NCBI GenBank assembly: GCA_039630415.1
Contig: JBCNVB010000011.1
Coordinates: forward strand, 29,119-93,118
DNA length: 64,000 nt
Source: a bacterium
GTDB lineage: Bacteria > DRYD01
Direction: 5' to 3'
Shown in pieces: positions 49,176-59,374 of the stretch. The notes below the pieces were generated by a model. That model worked only from the letters and a program-made list of their open reading frames with translations. It had not been told where the DNA came from and made no database searches. How positions within the stretch are numbered: position 1 is the stretch's first letter; each line of letters starts with the position of its first letter. The translations under genes and the position numbers were made by a program.

Positions 49176-51041
49176 TTCTATCCATTCTGTTATATCTTTG
49201 ACGATTACTTGGTTTTTAAGTCCTTTAGTATTTACGGCGTCTTGTAGCATAAGTGTGCAGAAGGGGCATGCTGTAGCTATATTTTTTGACACTTGCAATG
49301 CTTGTTCAAGTCTACTATGGTTAATTTTAGGGTAGTCTTTGTTTTCTATCCAGTACATACCTCCTCCAGCTCCGCAACAAAAAGAGTTGGTTTTATTGTA
49401 TTTCATTTCTTTTAGATTGTAGGATTTGAGTACTTCTCTGGGTTGGTTAATTATATTATTTTGCCTAGCTAGGTAGCAGGGATCGTGAAAGGTTATATCT
49501 TGGTTTAATTTTTTAATTTTTAGTTTCTTTTGCTTTATTAGATCTGCTATGATTTGAGAGTGGTGATAGATTTGGGCTTTAAATGTTGGATCTACTTTAG
49601 GGTATTCATTTTTTATGGAGTTATAGCAATGAGGGCAGGTAGTTATTATTTTTTTATTTAGTTTTGATAGAGTTTCTATGTTTTTCTGAGCTTGAAGATA
49701 GAAGAGGTATTCATTTCCTATTCTTTTGGCAGGGTCTCCTGTACAAATTTCATTTTTGAGTATTCCCACTCTTATTTGGCATTGTGATAAAATTTTTACA
49801 AGTTTTAATGCTATTGACTGAATTTGTTCATTATAGGATATAGCACATCCTACCCAGTAAATGTAGTCTATGTTGTCTTGATTTTTTTCAGGTTCAATTA
49901 TTTGGATGAATTGACTTATTGAGTTTTTATTTATCCAGCTTAGGCGTTCGATATTTGAGCCTTTGAATGGATGGTTTCTAGTTTCTATTGAGTTTAGAGT
50001 ATCTTGTAGTTGATGGGGTATTTGTCCTTGTTCCATTACCAAGTTTCTTCTGAGTTGAATTATTTTTTGCATGGGATTTATTAATACTGGGCAGGCTTGG
50101 TAGCATGCACCACAGGTTGTACAGCTCCATATACTTTTTTCACTTATGTAGTCTAATGTTTGCTTTTTATTATCTAATTGATAGTCTTGTATATGATCTA
50201 GCATTCTAACGAGGATGGACTTGGGAGAAAGGGGTTGTTTAGAATTGAATGCTGGACAGGCTTCTTGACATCTACCACACTCAGTACAACTATAAACTTC
50301 TAATAATTCTTTGAAATTCAGATCATTAGCTTTAGCTATCCCTAATTTATCTGTATTCTCTACATTAACGAAGTCTAGTGAGAAATCTTTAGGGTTAGTA
50401 AGCAGAATATTCATTGGAGCGAGTAGGGTATGATATAATCTCCCCTTATCTATGTTTGAAAAGTATACATATATCATTCCAAGCCATATTATTCCTAGTG
50501 GTATTTGTAGGTATAAGTTTGGGGTTGGAATTTTGAGATAAGTTGAAATTGAGTACAAAAGTGGGGTAGTGGGTTCAAAGGAAAAATAGAAAAACGCTAT
50601 AGTTGAAAGAATAAGTAGTAATAACTGTAAGTGTGATTTTAAATATCTTTCTTTTGTTGATGAAATAATTATTCTTGGGACTTTTAAAATGTATCTTCTG
50701 GCAATAGCTAGTAATATTCCGATAATTGATAATGTCAAGGTTATATCCAATAGAAGTTGTAGTATAAAGGGGAAGAAGATCAGCAAAGGAGATAAAAAGT
50801 AGAAAAATCCTATGGAAGATATTGATGTATGCATAAATTTTGTTCTAAAATTTGAAATTCGGGATTGAATTATGATATGTTCAATTAAATTATTTAAGTT
50901 TAAATTTGTTAATTTGATGGGATTGGGGGGTTTTTGGGTGATATTCTGGTAAGTTAGTTTTAGATGGTTGATTTTTTGGATTATGAATATAAGAGTTATG
51001 GTCCATCCAAGTAGGTAGATGGAAATGAATGTAAAGTACAT
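49164..51041 (-). CDS. Membrane-bound Fe-S oxidoreductase (GlpC/HdrD/FadF-like)
   Basis: N-terminal TM helices; CTECGRCQEACP and CTTCGACYQACP; CCG domains (TCPHC, HDPCYL, CCGAGGG, ACPFC). Confidence 0.88.
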   Translation of the reverse strand: MYFTFISIYLLGWTITLIFIIQKINHLKLTYQNITQKPPNPIKLTNLNLNNLIEHIIIQSRISNFRTKFMHTSISSIGFFYFLSPLLIFFPFILQLLLDITLTLSIIGILLAIARRYILKVPRIIISSTKERYLKSHLQLLLLILSTIAFFYFSFEPTTPLLYSISTYLKIPTPNLYLQIPLGIIWLGMIYVYFSNIDKGRLYHTLLAPMNILLTNPKDFSLDFVNVENTDKLGIAKANDLNFKELLEVYSCTECGRCQEACPAFNSKQPLSPKSILVRMLDHIQDYQLDNKKQTLDYISEKSIWSCTTCGACYQACPVLINPMQKIIQLRRNLVMEQGQIPHQLQDTLNSIETRNHPFKGSNIERLSWINKNSISQFIQIIEPEKNQDNIDYIYWVGCAISYNEQIQSIALKLVKILSQCQIRVGILKNEICTGDPAKRIGNEYLFYLQAQKNIETLSKLNKKIITTCPHCYNSIKNEYPKVDPTFKAQIYHHSQIIADLIKQKKLKIKKLNQDITFHDPCYLARQNNIINQPREVLKSYNLKEMKYNKTNSFCCGAGGGMYWIENKDYPKINHSRLEQALQVSKNIATACPFCTLMLQDAVNTKGLKNQVIVKDITEWIELVE

Positions 51042-51135
51042 GATTAAATCCTTTCCCTTGTAAGAATTTCTATAGATATATTTTAGGTCCTTTTATGGAA
51101 GGGAAAGAGGTATTTTTGTTGTAGTAAATAGGGGA

Positions 51136-51207
51136 GGCGGTATAGCTCAGCGGTAGAGCAGGGGAATCATAATCCCTGGGTCCGAGGTTCGATTCCTCGT
51201 GCCGCCA
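51136..51207 (+). tRNA. tRNA with CAT anticodon, most likely elongator tRNA-Met; CCA not encoded
   Basis: Cloverleaf: acceptor GGCGGTA/TGCCGCC, D arm GCTC/GAGC, anticodon loop ATCATAA, T arm CGAGG-TTCGATT-CCTCG, discriminator A then TAA. Confidence 0.93.
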
Positions 51208-51226
51208 TAAATAATAAAATCTGCAA

Positions 51227-52435
51227 ATGTATCATCTCCTGAGTTTTTTTATATTCTTGCTCCTATCAAACTTTATAAATCTTACCAAACCCTTTAGGAT
51301 TTTAATCAGAATTTCTGACTGTGTATATGTTTTCTTCATATACTGGGCTCTTACTAATAACATCCAAATACTGCTTACTCTTTTAATGGTATTTTTGTCC
51401 AAATTGGGATATGTATCTTACAAATATTGGGGTATAAAAAATAGCAAAGCGTTTATTTTGAATTTTTTGTTTAATTTTTTGCCTTTATTCATTATTAGCT
51501 TTGTTATCTATTACTTTTCATTTAGTGATTTGATTAAAAGTTTAGTTGGTAGTGATCTACTATTTGTTCAAAGTATTGTATATTTTGTTTTGCTTCAAAT
51601 ATTCTATGTGAGCATGTATTATGTGCTTAGTTTTTTGTTTGGTTTTAGAGTTTTTTTTAATGATTACTATTCATTTTTCTATGAAGATTTCAAATCACTA
51701 GTGTTGGGAATCTTATTTAATAGTGCTTTATTTATAGTTTTGAATGATTTATCCGGTGTGAATATATATTTGGTTTTTCTATTAGTTTTGGGACTAATTC
51801 CCATAGCGTTGACAAATTACAATTATAATTGGATAGTAAGAGCTACGATGAACACTGTGGAGAAGATTGCGGATATAATAGAAGCTAAAAATTCATATGC
51901 AAAGAACCATTCCCGTAGGGTTTCTGATTTATGTGTTAAGTTTGGTTATTACCTAGGTTTAGACTATGACGATATTGAGAAGCTTGAGCATGCTGCTAAG
52001 ATTATGAATATTGGTTACATTTCAATACCGGAGTATATTCTTCTTAAGAATTCTTCCTTGAACTTGAGTGAGGAAAGATACATTAAGGAGCATAGTTTAA
52101 GTGCATATAATATTCTTCAGAAATTAGATATGTATAAAGATATAGCTACGATAATAAAGTATCATCATGAATCATGGGATGGGAGTGGATATCCAGAGGG
52201 TATAAGGGGGAATGCTATACCTATTTTATCAAGAATCTTGAAGATATGTGATGTTTTTCTTGCTCTTTTGGAGGATAGGTCATACAGGAATGCTTATACT
52301 CTTGAACAGGCTCTAGAAATTCTCGAAAAAGAAAAAAGTAAGTTTGATCCTGAAATATATGAGAAATTTATTGATTTCATATACAAGGAGTATAAACTTA
52401 ATAAGGTGGATGAAGTTAGCAAAGTAGGTGAATGA
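51227..52435 (+). CDS. Multi-pass membrane HD-GYP domain protein with degenerate HD motif
   Basis: NHSRRV, IMNIGY in place of LHDIGK, HHESWDGSGYP.G..G..IP..SRI. Confidence 0.85.
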   Translation: MYHLLSFFIFLLLSNFINLTKPFRILIRISDCVYVFFIYWALTNNIQILLTLLMVFLSKLGYVSYKYWGIKNSKAFILNFLFNFLPLFIISFVIYYFSFSDLIKSLVGSDLLFVQSIVYFVLLQIFYVSMYYVLSFLFGFRVFFNDYYSFFYEDFKSLVLGILFNSALFIVLNDLSGVNIYLVFLLVLGLIPIALTNYNYNWIVRATMNTVEKIADIIEAKNSYAKNHSRRVSDLCVKFGYYLGLDYDDIEKLEHAAKIMNIGYISIPEYILLKNSSLNLSEERYIKEHSLSAYNILQKLDMYKDIATIIKYHHESWDGSGYPEGIRGNAIPILSRILKICDVFLALLEDRSYRNAYTLEQALEILEKEKSKFDPEIYEKFIDFIYKEYKLNKVDEVSKVGE

Positions 52436-53247
52436 GAATAAGTTTTATTTTGTTTTCCATATTGTATTTGATAGGATATGTATTTGCAAAGGATTTTGGA
52501 GAGAGTTATAGGGTTTTAATTATAACGGGTAAAGATGTAAAACCTGTTAGATTGACAATAGAGGGTTTTTTTAGTGAATATTCAAGAGAAATGTGTAAGG
52601 TTATAAGTGTAGAGGCTGTTAGTTCTGAAATGCTAAAAGTTTCGGATGTTGTTGTAGCATTAACTAGTGAGGCTGCTTTCTATGTTAAGCAAAATAGCAC
52701 TAAAGATAAAGTGAATGTATATGCTTTGGTACTTATGCCGGATGTTTTGGGATTAATGAAAAATTTTGTGGGTTTTTCAATATATCCTGATTTTGAACAG
52801 GTTTTTAGAGACTTTAAAAGCAGATATCCAACTGTGAAAAGGGTGGGGTTACTTTACAATACTATGAACTATGCTGTTGATTTTGCTTATCAGTCTTTAA
52901 AAAAGAATTCATTACAAGCTATACATTTGAAAATTGATAACTTCAATTTTAGAAATATAGGTAAAAATCTTGGTAATGTAGACGCTGTGTATTTTTTCTC
53001 TGATGCTATGGTTCTTGATGAGGAAAATTTACTTTTTCTTATAAAAAGTATAAAGTCGCAAAATAAGATAATTATTTCCTCTCATAAAGTTTTGTTAGAT
53101 TACGGGGTTGACATTGTTTATGTATTGGATTATTTTGAATTAGGTAGAATGATAGCTTTGTATGTTAAGGAAGGAATAGTAAAACAGGCTGAAAGTATAG
53201 GCAGGATATTTTTCCCTTCCAAATTTAATGTAATTGAGAAAACATGA
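52432..53247 (+). CDS. Exported ABC-substrate-binding-like (periplasmic) protein
   Basis: Signal peptide ending VFA; P.VKRVGLLYN, VDAVYFFSD, DYFELGR pattern. Confidence 0.6.
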   Translation: MRISFILFSILYLIGYVFAKDFGESYRVLIITGKDVKPVRLTIEGFFSEYSREMCKVISVEAVSSEMLKVSDVVVALTSEAAFYVKQNSTKDKVNVYALVLMPDVLGLMKNFVGFSIYPDFEQVFRDFKSRYPTVKRVGLLYNTMNYAVDFAYQSLKKNSLQAIHLKIDNFNFRNIGKNLGNVDAVYFFSDAMVLDEENLLFLIKSIKSQNKIIISSHKVLLDYGVDIVYVLDYFELGRMIALYVKEGIVKQAESIGRIFFPSKFNVIEKT

Positions 53248-54629
53248 CTTTATCGAGATTTATTAGGTTTTTGAGAAAAATAAATTGGGCTTTAGTGATT
53301 ATTTTTGTTTTGAATATAGCTGTTTTTTACTCTACAGTTGAGTGGTTAAGAGGGAGATTAGAAAGTGATTTAATTAAATACACTGTAGATTTATATATTG
53401 CCATTTCTAAGAATATGGAGTATAGGGCTAGAAAATATATTGAATATGGTCAATATCAACCTCTTAAAACTATATTTGAGAATGAGTATAGTAATCAGGG
53501 ATTAGTTTATGTATCTGTTTTTGATCAGAATAGGAAATTAGTAATTTCCTATACCAAATCATTTTCTATTTCCGAATATATATACAGTCTAGATTTGGAA
53601 AAGTTCTTAACTAAGGATATAGAACATGTATTAGTTAGTGAAGATATATTTTCTAATGAGGGTAAAAAGATAAGGATGACAATCCTAATCTCTACACCAG
53701 TTGTTAAATCTATAGTTAGTGATGTTCAGGATGAGATTCATCTTGGGTATATGATTTTTGCTTTTGACCTGACTAATTTAAAATCACAGATAGAGGACAT
53801 AAGATTTTATTCTAATTTGGTTATTTATTTACTTAGTATATTTTCGGGTTTGGTGATTGTGTTTATGGCTACGCAGTTTTATAGGCCGATAGAATATTTA
53901 AGGTTGTTAGCAATAAGGTTTAGTCAAGCCAAGTTTAGCTTTAACAAAAAATTATTTTGGTTTGAGGAGTTTAATTATTTAGTTGATAGTTTTTTTAGTA
54001 TGGCCCAGGCCATTGAACAGCAATTAAGGATGTTAGAGTCAGTTGCTTCTATGGATGGATTGACGAAGTTGTACAACAGGGGTGCTTTTGAGAAATTTTA
54101 CAATGCTATTGCTCTTGAGTGTAAGATGAAGATGGCACTTGGAATTTCTAGAAATTTCGCAGTTATTATGATGGATGTTGATAATTTCAAATCTATAAAT
54201 GATACATACGGTCACGATGTTGGTGATAGGGTTCTAGTATTGTTGGCTGATGTAATAAGAAGGGTAAAAAGAAGTACGGATATTGCATCAAGATATGGTG
54301 GAGAAGAATTCATTATTATTACTAATGTTAATTCCAAAATAGAAGCTTTAAAACTTGCTCTTGAGCTTAAGAATTCTATTTATAATGCTTCAGTTAGTGT
54401 TAATCAGGATATAAAAATAAGTGTTACTATAAGTATTGGGATATCTTTTTATCCTGATGATTCTATAGATAAAGATGAGTTAGTTAGAATAGCTGATCAA
54501 AATTTATATTATTCGAAAAGGAGTGGAAAAAATAAGGTGAGTTTGATTATTAATGGAAATGTTGTTAGTTTGTCTAATGAAAGGGAATTAGATTTGATGG
54601 TAAGAGAAAAGGTTTTAGTGGAGGAATAG
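53244..54629 (+). CDS. Membrane diguanylate cyclase (2 TM, periplasmic domain, HAMP-like, GGEEF)
   Basis: DGLTKLYNR, MDVDNFKSINDTYGHDVGD, RSTD (RxxD I-site), RYGGEEF. Confidence 0.92.
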   Translation: MTLSRFIRFLRKINWALVIIFVLNIAVFYSTVEWLRGRLESDLIKYTVDLYIAISKNMEYRARKYIEYGQYQPLKTIFENEYSNQGLVYVSVFDQNRKLVISYTKSFSISEYIYSLDLEKFLTKDIEHVLVSEDIFSNEGKKIRMTILISTPVVKSIVSDVQDEIHLGYMIFAFDLTNLKSQIEDIRFYSNLVIYLLSIFSGLVIVFMATQFYRPIEYLRLLAIRFSQAKFSFNKKLFWFEEFNYLVDSFFSMAQAIEQQLRMLESVASMDGLTKLYNRGAFEKFYNAIALECKMKMALGISRNFAVIMMDVDNFKSINDTYGHDVGDRVLVLLADVIRRVKRSTDIASRYGGEEFIIITNVNSKIEALKLALELKNSIYNASVSVNQDIKISVTISIGISFYPDDSIDKDELVRIADQNLYYSKRSGKNKVSLIINGNVVSLSNERELDLMVREKVLVEE

Positions 54630-54633
54630 ACTT

Positions 54634-56652
54634 ATGTTTAAACTTACGCAAAAGATAATGTTTATGGTTTTGTTGTTTTGTGTGGTTTTGGGACAGGAAT
54701 TTGATGAGCTTAAGGGGTTTGATGAAGTCAAATTTATTAAGGAAGAAATAGAATTTAGTTTCAAAGTAAGGGGATTAAGTAAGTATTCTAAGAGTGTATT
54801 AGATTCGCCAGCTTTTATTTCTATTATTTTTCCTGAGGAATTAAGGTTATTTTATTATCCTAGTATTTCAGATCTTTTGAATTTTAGTCCGGGGTTGTAT
54901 GTTGTTGAGGATGGAGCTTATTGGTATGTAGGAAGTAGGGGGGTTCAGGTTCCTGGTAGCTATAATTCTAGGATTTTGTCTTTAATTGATGGTGTTCCCA
55001 GTAATGAAATTATTTTTGGTGCTCCATTCGTTAGGTATCCATTTTTATTTGATTCTGTTGAAATTGTTCATGGGTATTCTAATGTATATTCTGGTGGTAA
55101 CTCTCTTGTAGCTACGATTAACTTTATACCTTACTTCTCGACCAATAGCTACAGTAATAGAATTTTTTCTAGCTTATATTTTATGGACGGTGTTAGGGGT
55201 GTTAGTGGGAATACTAATTTTGTTGCTATTAAACTTGATAAACCTGAGGTATATTTGGGATTAAATTTTTTCTCTTACTTTGGCAGGGACATTTTTCTAC
55301 ATCAAAGGGATGAGTATAGTTTTAAAGATGATAATTACTATTCTAGATTTTGGTATTTATATACTAGTTTTTTTGGCAAGAACTCTGTAACACAGTTTTA
55401 TGTGTTTAATGAATTTGATAGATTGCATTTCCCAACGGGAGCTTATGGTATTACTTTAAATGATAGGTTTGATCATATAGATCAGAATACTAACCAATTT
55501 TTTGTTAAGCATTCTGTTAGTTTTCAAGGTTCTAGCTTGAATTTTTGGATCTATGGTATAAACTATACAGAGTTTGCTGAGTATCCTATTTCAAGTCAAG
55601 GGTTTATCAATATTGACCATTTAAGGGGAAATAGTGTGGGTATGGATTTAAATTATTCAAAGATAGGTAAGAATTTCTCGTATATTGTTGGCTTAGAGTA
55701 TAAGAATCTTTCTTTTAGTCTTAGAAACTACGATGTTGACTATTTTAGTCGTGATTTTAGTCAGGAGTATTTGTATGTTAAGAGGGTGGGTTTACCTTTT
55801 ATTGCCTTGTATTTTACTTATGACTGGTACTTTTCTAGGGATTGGATTTTTTCTTTTTCATTAAGGTATGATAGTTATGGAGATATTTATGATAATTTTA
55901 AATCGATTATTTTGCCTAATTTTGCTTTGATAAGGCGTTACAAGGATAGAAGTGTTAAGCTGGTTTATTCTACTAACTATAGGGTTCCTTCTATAAATGA
56001 ATATTTTTATAATGATGGGGGGTTGTCTACTTTGAATAATCCCTATCTTCAGCCTGAGAGGCATACTACTTGGGAGTTGATATACTATAGGGAGTTCAAA
56101 TCTAGTAGTTTATATGGTTATTTTTCTGCTTCTGTTTATTATATGAAAATCAAGGATCTTATCAATTCGGTAAATATTGGTACCAATGATTTGAATGTAG
56201 AGGTTAGTCAGTATAGGAATGTTGGTAATATTGATGTTTGGGGCTTAGAGTTCGATTATGTACTTAGCCTTCTAGATAGAGAGTTTTTGAGAGTTTCATA
56301 TTCATATTGCAATGCTCGAGCAATTGATTACTTTAGTTTTCTTTCTAATTCACCAAAACATCTATTTCTATTGAAGTATGCAAAGAGGTTAACCGATAAT
56401 TTGTGGATTTCATTTGAAAATAAGTATACTTCTAGTGTGTTGGATGATTATGGTTTGAAAGTTGGGGATTACAACTTAACTAATTTAAATATGATTTATA
56501 GGTTGGATGATAGGAAAACTTTTTGTATCTCGGTACATAATCTTTTCAATGTTAGGGCTTATCAGGTTATAAGCTTGGCTAACAATTACCCGGTGTCTGT
56601 GTATCCTGTTAAACTTAGGACTATTTTTGTTAACTTTGAGTATAGGTTCTGA
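54634..56652 (+). CDS. TonB-dependent outer membrane receptor
   Basis: Plug motifs SPAFISII, PGLYV, SRG......NSRIL.LIDG; LRYD, NP.LQPE, VHNLFN; C-terminal FEYRF. Confidence 0.88.
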   Translation: MFKLTQKIMFMVLLFCVVLGQEFDELKGFDEVKFIKEEIEFSFKVRGLSKYSKSVLDSPAFISIIFPEELRLFYYPSISDLLNFSPGLYVVEDGAYWYVGSRGVQVPGSYNSRILSLIDGVPSNEIIFGAPFVRYPFLFDSVEIVHGYSNVYSGGNSLVATINFIPYFSTNSYSNRIFSSLYFMDGVRGVSGNTNFVAIKLDKPEVYLGLNFFSYFGRDIFLHQRDEYSFKDDNYYSRFWYLYTSFFGKNSVTQFYVFNEFDRLHFPTGAYGITLNDRFDHIDQNTNQFFVKHSVSFQGSSLNFWIYGINYTEFAEYPISSQGFINIDHLRGNSVGMDLNYSKIGKNFSYIVGLEYKNLSFSLRNYDVDYFSRDFSQEYLYVKRVGLPFIALYFTYDWYFSRDWIFSFSLRYDSYGDIYDNFKSIILPNFALIRRYKDRSVKLVYSTNYRVPSINEYFYNDGGLSTLNNPYLQPERHTTWELIYYREFKSSSLYGYFSASVYYMKIKDLINSVNIGTNDLNVEVSQYRNVGNIDVWGLEFDYVLSLLDREFLRVSYSYCNARAIDYFSFLSNSPKHLFLLKYAKRLTDNLWISFENKYTSSVLDDYGLKVGDYNLTNLNMIYRLDDRKTFCISVHNLFNVRAYQVISLANNYPVSVYPVKLRTIFVNFEYRF

Positions 56653-57490
56653 AGTTGAATATTGTTAACATATATATTTTTCTGGTTATATGTTGGTATT
56701 CATAATTTTGGATTCTATGCAGAAGAGGTTTGAGTTTTTGTAGTGATTTTTGATCTATTTCCAGCATGCATATACATTCTTTTTGTTTTAGACAGAAGTC
56801 TATTATTTGTTTGTAGTAGTAGTTTTTGGTTGGTGTTATTAAAGCATGGGGTGGTTCAAAAAATAATTCGGGTTTTATTTCTTTTTTTGTAAGGTAGGGT
56901 GGGTTTGAAATGATTACTGTTTTGAAATTAAGATCAGATTTTATTATGTTTAGCAAGGAAGAGTTTATTAGTGTTACATTGTTTATGTTGTTTATTTGTA
57001 GGTTTTTGTAGCATACTTCAAGGGCATTAAAGGATATATCTATTCCTATAGCTAGCGGAGATATTTGGGGTGGTAGATTTTTTATTATTGACAGAAGGAT
57101 GTTTCCTGAGCCTATACCTAAGTCTATTATTATTACTTTCTGGTTATCATGAAGGATAGATTTTAATTTTTCTATTATTTTTTGCACTATCAATTCGGTT
57201 TCTGGTCTAGGAATTAGAGTGTGAGGATTTATATGCAAATCTAGATTAAGGAATTGAGTTGGGGTGATAAGGTATTGTATAGGAAACATGTGGTAGAATA
57301 CTAGTTTACATAGTTTATTTATTTGTTTTATTTGATTTGGGTTAATTTCTTGGCTGTATTTTATTTGGTATAGTTTTTTTTCCAAAACTAACTCTATGAT
57401 TTGTATTAGTGCTTTTAGGTTGTAGGTTTTGTTATTTGATTTGAGTAAGTATTTTTGTTTTAGATAAGAAAATAGTTGTATTAGCTGCAT
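56630..57490 (-). CDS. prmC: Release factor glutamine methyltransferase HemK/PrmC
   Basis: PIQYL, LIPRPETE, DLGIGSG, ISNPPY, EP..AL. Confidence 0.9.
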   Translation of the reverse strand: MQLIQLFSYLKQKYLLKSNNKTYNLKALIQIIELVLEKKLYQIKYSQEINPNQIKQINKLCKLVFYHMFPIQYLITPTQFLNLDLHINPHTLIPRPETELIVQKIIEKLKSILHDNQKVIIIDLGIGSGNILLSIIKNLPPQISPLAIGIDISFNALEVCYKNLQINNINNVTLINSSLLNIIKSDLNFKTVIISNPPYLTKKEIKPELFFEPPHALITPTKNYYYKQIIDFCLKQKECICMLEIDQKSLQKLKPLLHRIQNYEYQHITRKIYMLTIFNFRTYTQS

Positions 57491-57547
57491 GATAATATTT
57501 TGGAGGTTTTCAGAAGAGATACCTGTTTAGGTATAGAAATAATTAGC

Positions 57548-58219
57548 ATGATTGACTACAAAAAGCTTAATAGCTTATACGAATATGTGGAGGGTATAAA
57601 GGATAGTGTTTTGGTTGATGCACCTGTTTTTAAGGTTTATACTTACAAGAAAAAAAGTTTGTGGCTTTTAGTTTGGTCAACTGTTTTATCTTCCAGGACT
57701 ACGGATAAAGCTTTATTGAGAGTTTTACCAATATTGGAAAAAAATTTTTCGAGTCCAGAAGATGTTATAAAATGCAGTCTTGATGATTTAGAAAATATTT
57801 TGAAGCCTTTGGGATTTTATAAATCTAAGGCTAGGATGTTTTGGAATTTCAATTATATGATTGTCAATAAATTTAAGGGATGTGTACCTAGAACTTTGAA
57901 AGATTTGACTGGTTTACCTGGAGTTGGAGTTAAAGTAGCCTCTATAATCATGAGTGAGTTATTTGGTGAAAATATGATAGCTGTTGATGTTCATGTTTTC
58001 AGAATTTTGAATAGAGTTGGAGTTTTGAATACCAAAACTCCAGAACAAACCTGGAAAATTTTGAGTGATCCTTCTGTTAAATTGAAAAAAGACATTTATT
58101 TAAATCTAAACAAATACTTAGTTGCGTTTGGGCAGGTTATATGTAAGGTAAAGCCCAAGTGTAATCTTTGTTCTTTCAGGTATAATTGTAACTACTACAA
58201 AAATGTAAACAAAGTGTAA
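57548..58219 (+). CDS. nth: Endonuclease III
   Basis: LSSRTTD, LPGVGVKVA (HhH), AVDVHVFR, C....PKC..C.....C Fe-S motif. Confidence 0.9.
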   Translation: MIDYKKLNSLYEYVEGIKDSVLVDAPVFKVYTYKKKSLWLLVWSTVLSSRTTDKALLRVLPILEKNFSSPEDVIKCSLDDLENILKPLGFYKSKARMFWNFNYMIVNKFKGCVPRTLKDLTGLPGVGVKVASIIMSELFGENMIAVDVHVFRILNRVGVLNTKTPEQTWKILSDPSVKLKKDIYLNLNKYLVAFGQVICKVKPKCNLCSFRYNCNYYKNVNKV

Positions 58220-58268
58220 AATATTATACAATATTTGTTTTATCTTTTTATGGGTTTGACTATATAAT
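58204..58268 (+). promoter_or_regulatory. Candidate promoter of paralog 1: TGTAAA-N5-TGTAAA direct repeat and TATAAT -10
   Basis: TGTAAA at 58204 and 58215, GGGTTTGA, TATAAT at 58263; same layout upstream of paralog 3. Confidence 0.45.
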
Positions 58269-58305
58269 AAATTTGGGGAATAAACTAGTTGTTACGGGGG
58301 TTTTT

Positions 58306-59355
58306 ATGATAAGGAAAATAATAAACCATAAAATAGGTGGTTACATTAATTCTTACTATCAGGGTTATAATAATTTGGATACTGGTGATTTGGGTGATGT
58401 TAATCAGGAAGAAAATGGGAGTATTTACGAGAATTCTGATGGTAGATACTCTAGGGTTTCGGATGATCAGGGTAATTATTATCAAATGGGTGATGACCTT
58501 ACAGTTAGTGAAGGTATAGATTTGGGTGTTACTGCAAGTGTAGAAGATGCTAGTATTAGTTCGGGAGTAGGTGGTAACATTGAGGCAGGTGTAAAGTGGG
58601 GTTTTGAAGCGGGCAATACTGTTCAAAGAACTGAAGATGAAATTATAGCGAGACATGGATTTAAAGCTGGTGCTGAAATAGGTGCAACCATTGGAGGGCA
58701 AATATTTGTTACTGCTGAAAACCAAGATGGATATGTAGCTGGTGGAATAAGTATAAACAAGGGAATTTTATCTGTTGGAGGATTTTTAGGAGCACTCAGT
58801 GAAGCTCGAATAAATACCAATGATTGGAATATAAGTTTTTTCTCTTCTTTACAAGCTGGTTTTGGTGCTGCTATGGGATTTGATCTAGCAATTAATCTTA
58901 ATGGACAAATAACTGTGCAGGATGAAATATCTCAAATAAGTCAGGAAATTAATCAGCAAATAGAAAATGAACAGTGGTTAATAATGAATGATCAGCTTAA
59001 AAAGTTTGCTGCTTCTCGAAATAAAAATGTATGGGGAGTTGATGGATCAGAAGAATTCCAGTTTCAAGATATGCAAACTATAAGAGCTAGAGCTAGGGAA
59101 ATTGTTCTAAGAAATATAACAGACTGGAGCTCCAAATTGTATATCGTTAAGGCTGGTTTTGATGCAAAGGCGAGAAATATACTTACTGATTTTGCTGATA
59201 AGGTATTGATGAATGTTTCAGCTGCTACATCTACTGCTTTAAAAAGTGTGTATAATCCAGTTGCTAATCTTGTAGCACAAATAATTTCTGCTGTTAGTCC
59301 CTCTGTAGATTCTGCTATATTCCAAATTAGGGTTGAGGATGTTATTAAGAATTGA
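58306..59355 (+). CDS. Hypothetical Gly-rich beta-strand / coiled-coil protein, paralog 1 of 3
   Basis: DEIIAR.G...GAE, AENQDGY, EARINTNDWN, IR.RAREIVL.N...W.SKL, AIFQIRVEDVIK shared with the next two ORFs; ATG after GGGGG. Confidence 0.8.
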   Translation: MIRKIINHKIGGYINSYYQGYNNLDTGDLGDVNQEENGSIYENSDGRYSRVSDDQGNYYQMGDDLTVSEGIDLGVTASVEDASISSGVGGNIEAGVKWGFEAGNTVQRTEDEIIARHGFKAGAEIGATIGGQIFVTAENQDGYVAGGISINKGILSVGGFLGALSEARINTNDWNISFFSSLQAGFGAAMGFDLAINLNGQITVQDEISQISQEINQQIENEQWLIMNDQLKKFAASRNKNVWGVDGSEEFQFQDMQTIRARAREIVLRNITDWSSKLYIVKAGFDAKARNILTDFADKVLMNVSAATSTALKSVYNPVANLVAQIISAVSPSVDSAIFQIRVEDVIKN

Positions 59356-59374
59356 AAATTAGGGGGGGTATAAA

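Noticed and set aside
51136-56652. Genomic island integrated at tRNA-Met
   Set aside because: No integrase and no duplicated tRNA 3' end were seen, and the flanks are housekeeping genes.
58237-58257. GTTT...GGGT upstream of the paralogs as a SigB-type promoter for the sigma factor at 23778-24500
   Set aside because: Spacing of 10-11 nt is shorter than in B. subtilis SigB promoters, and a sigma70-like -10 follows.
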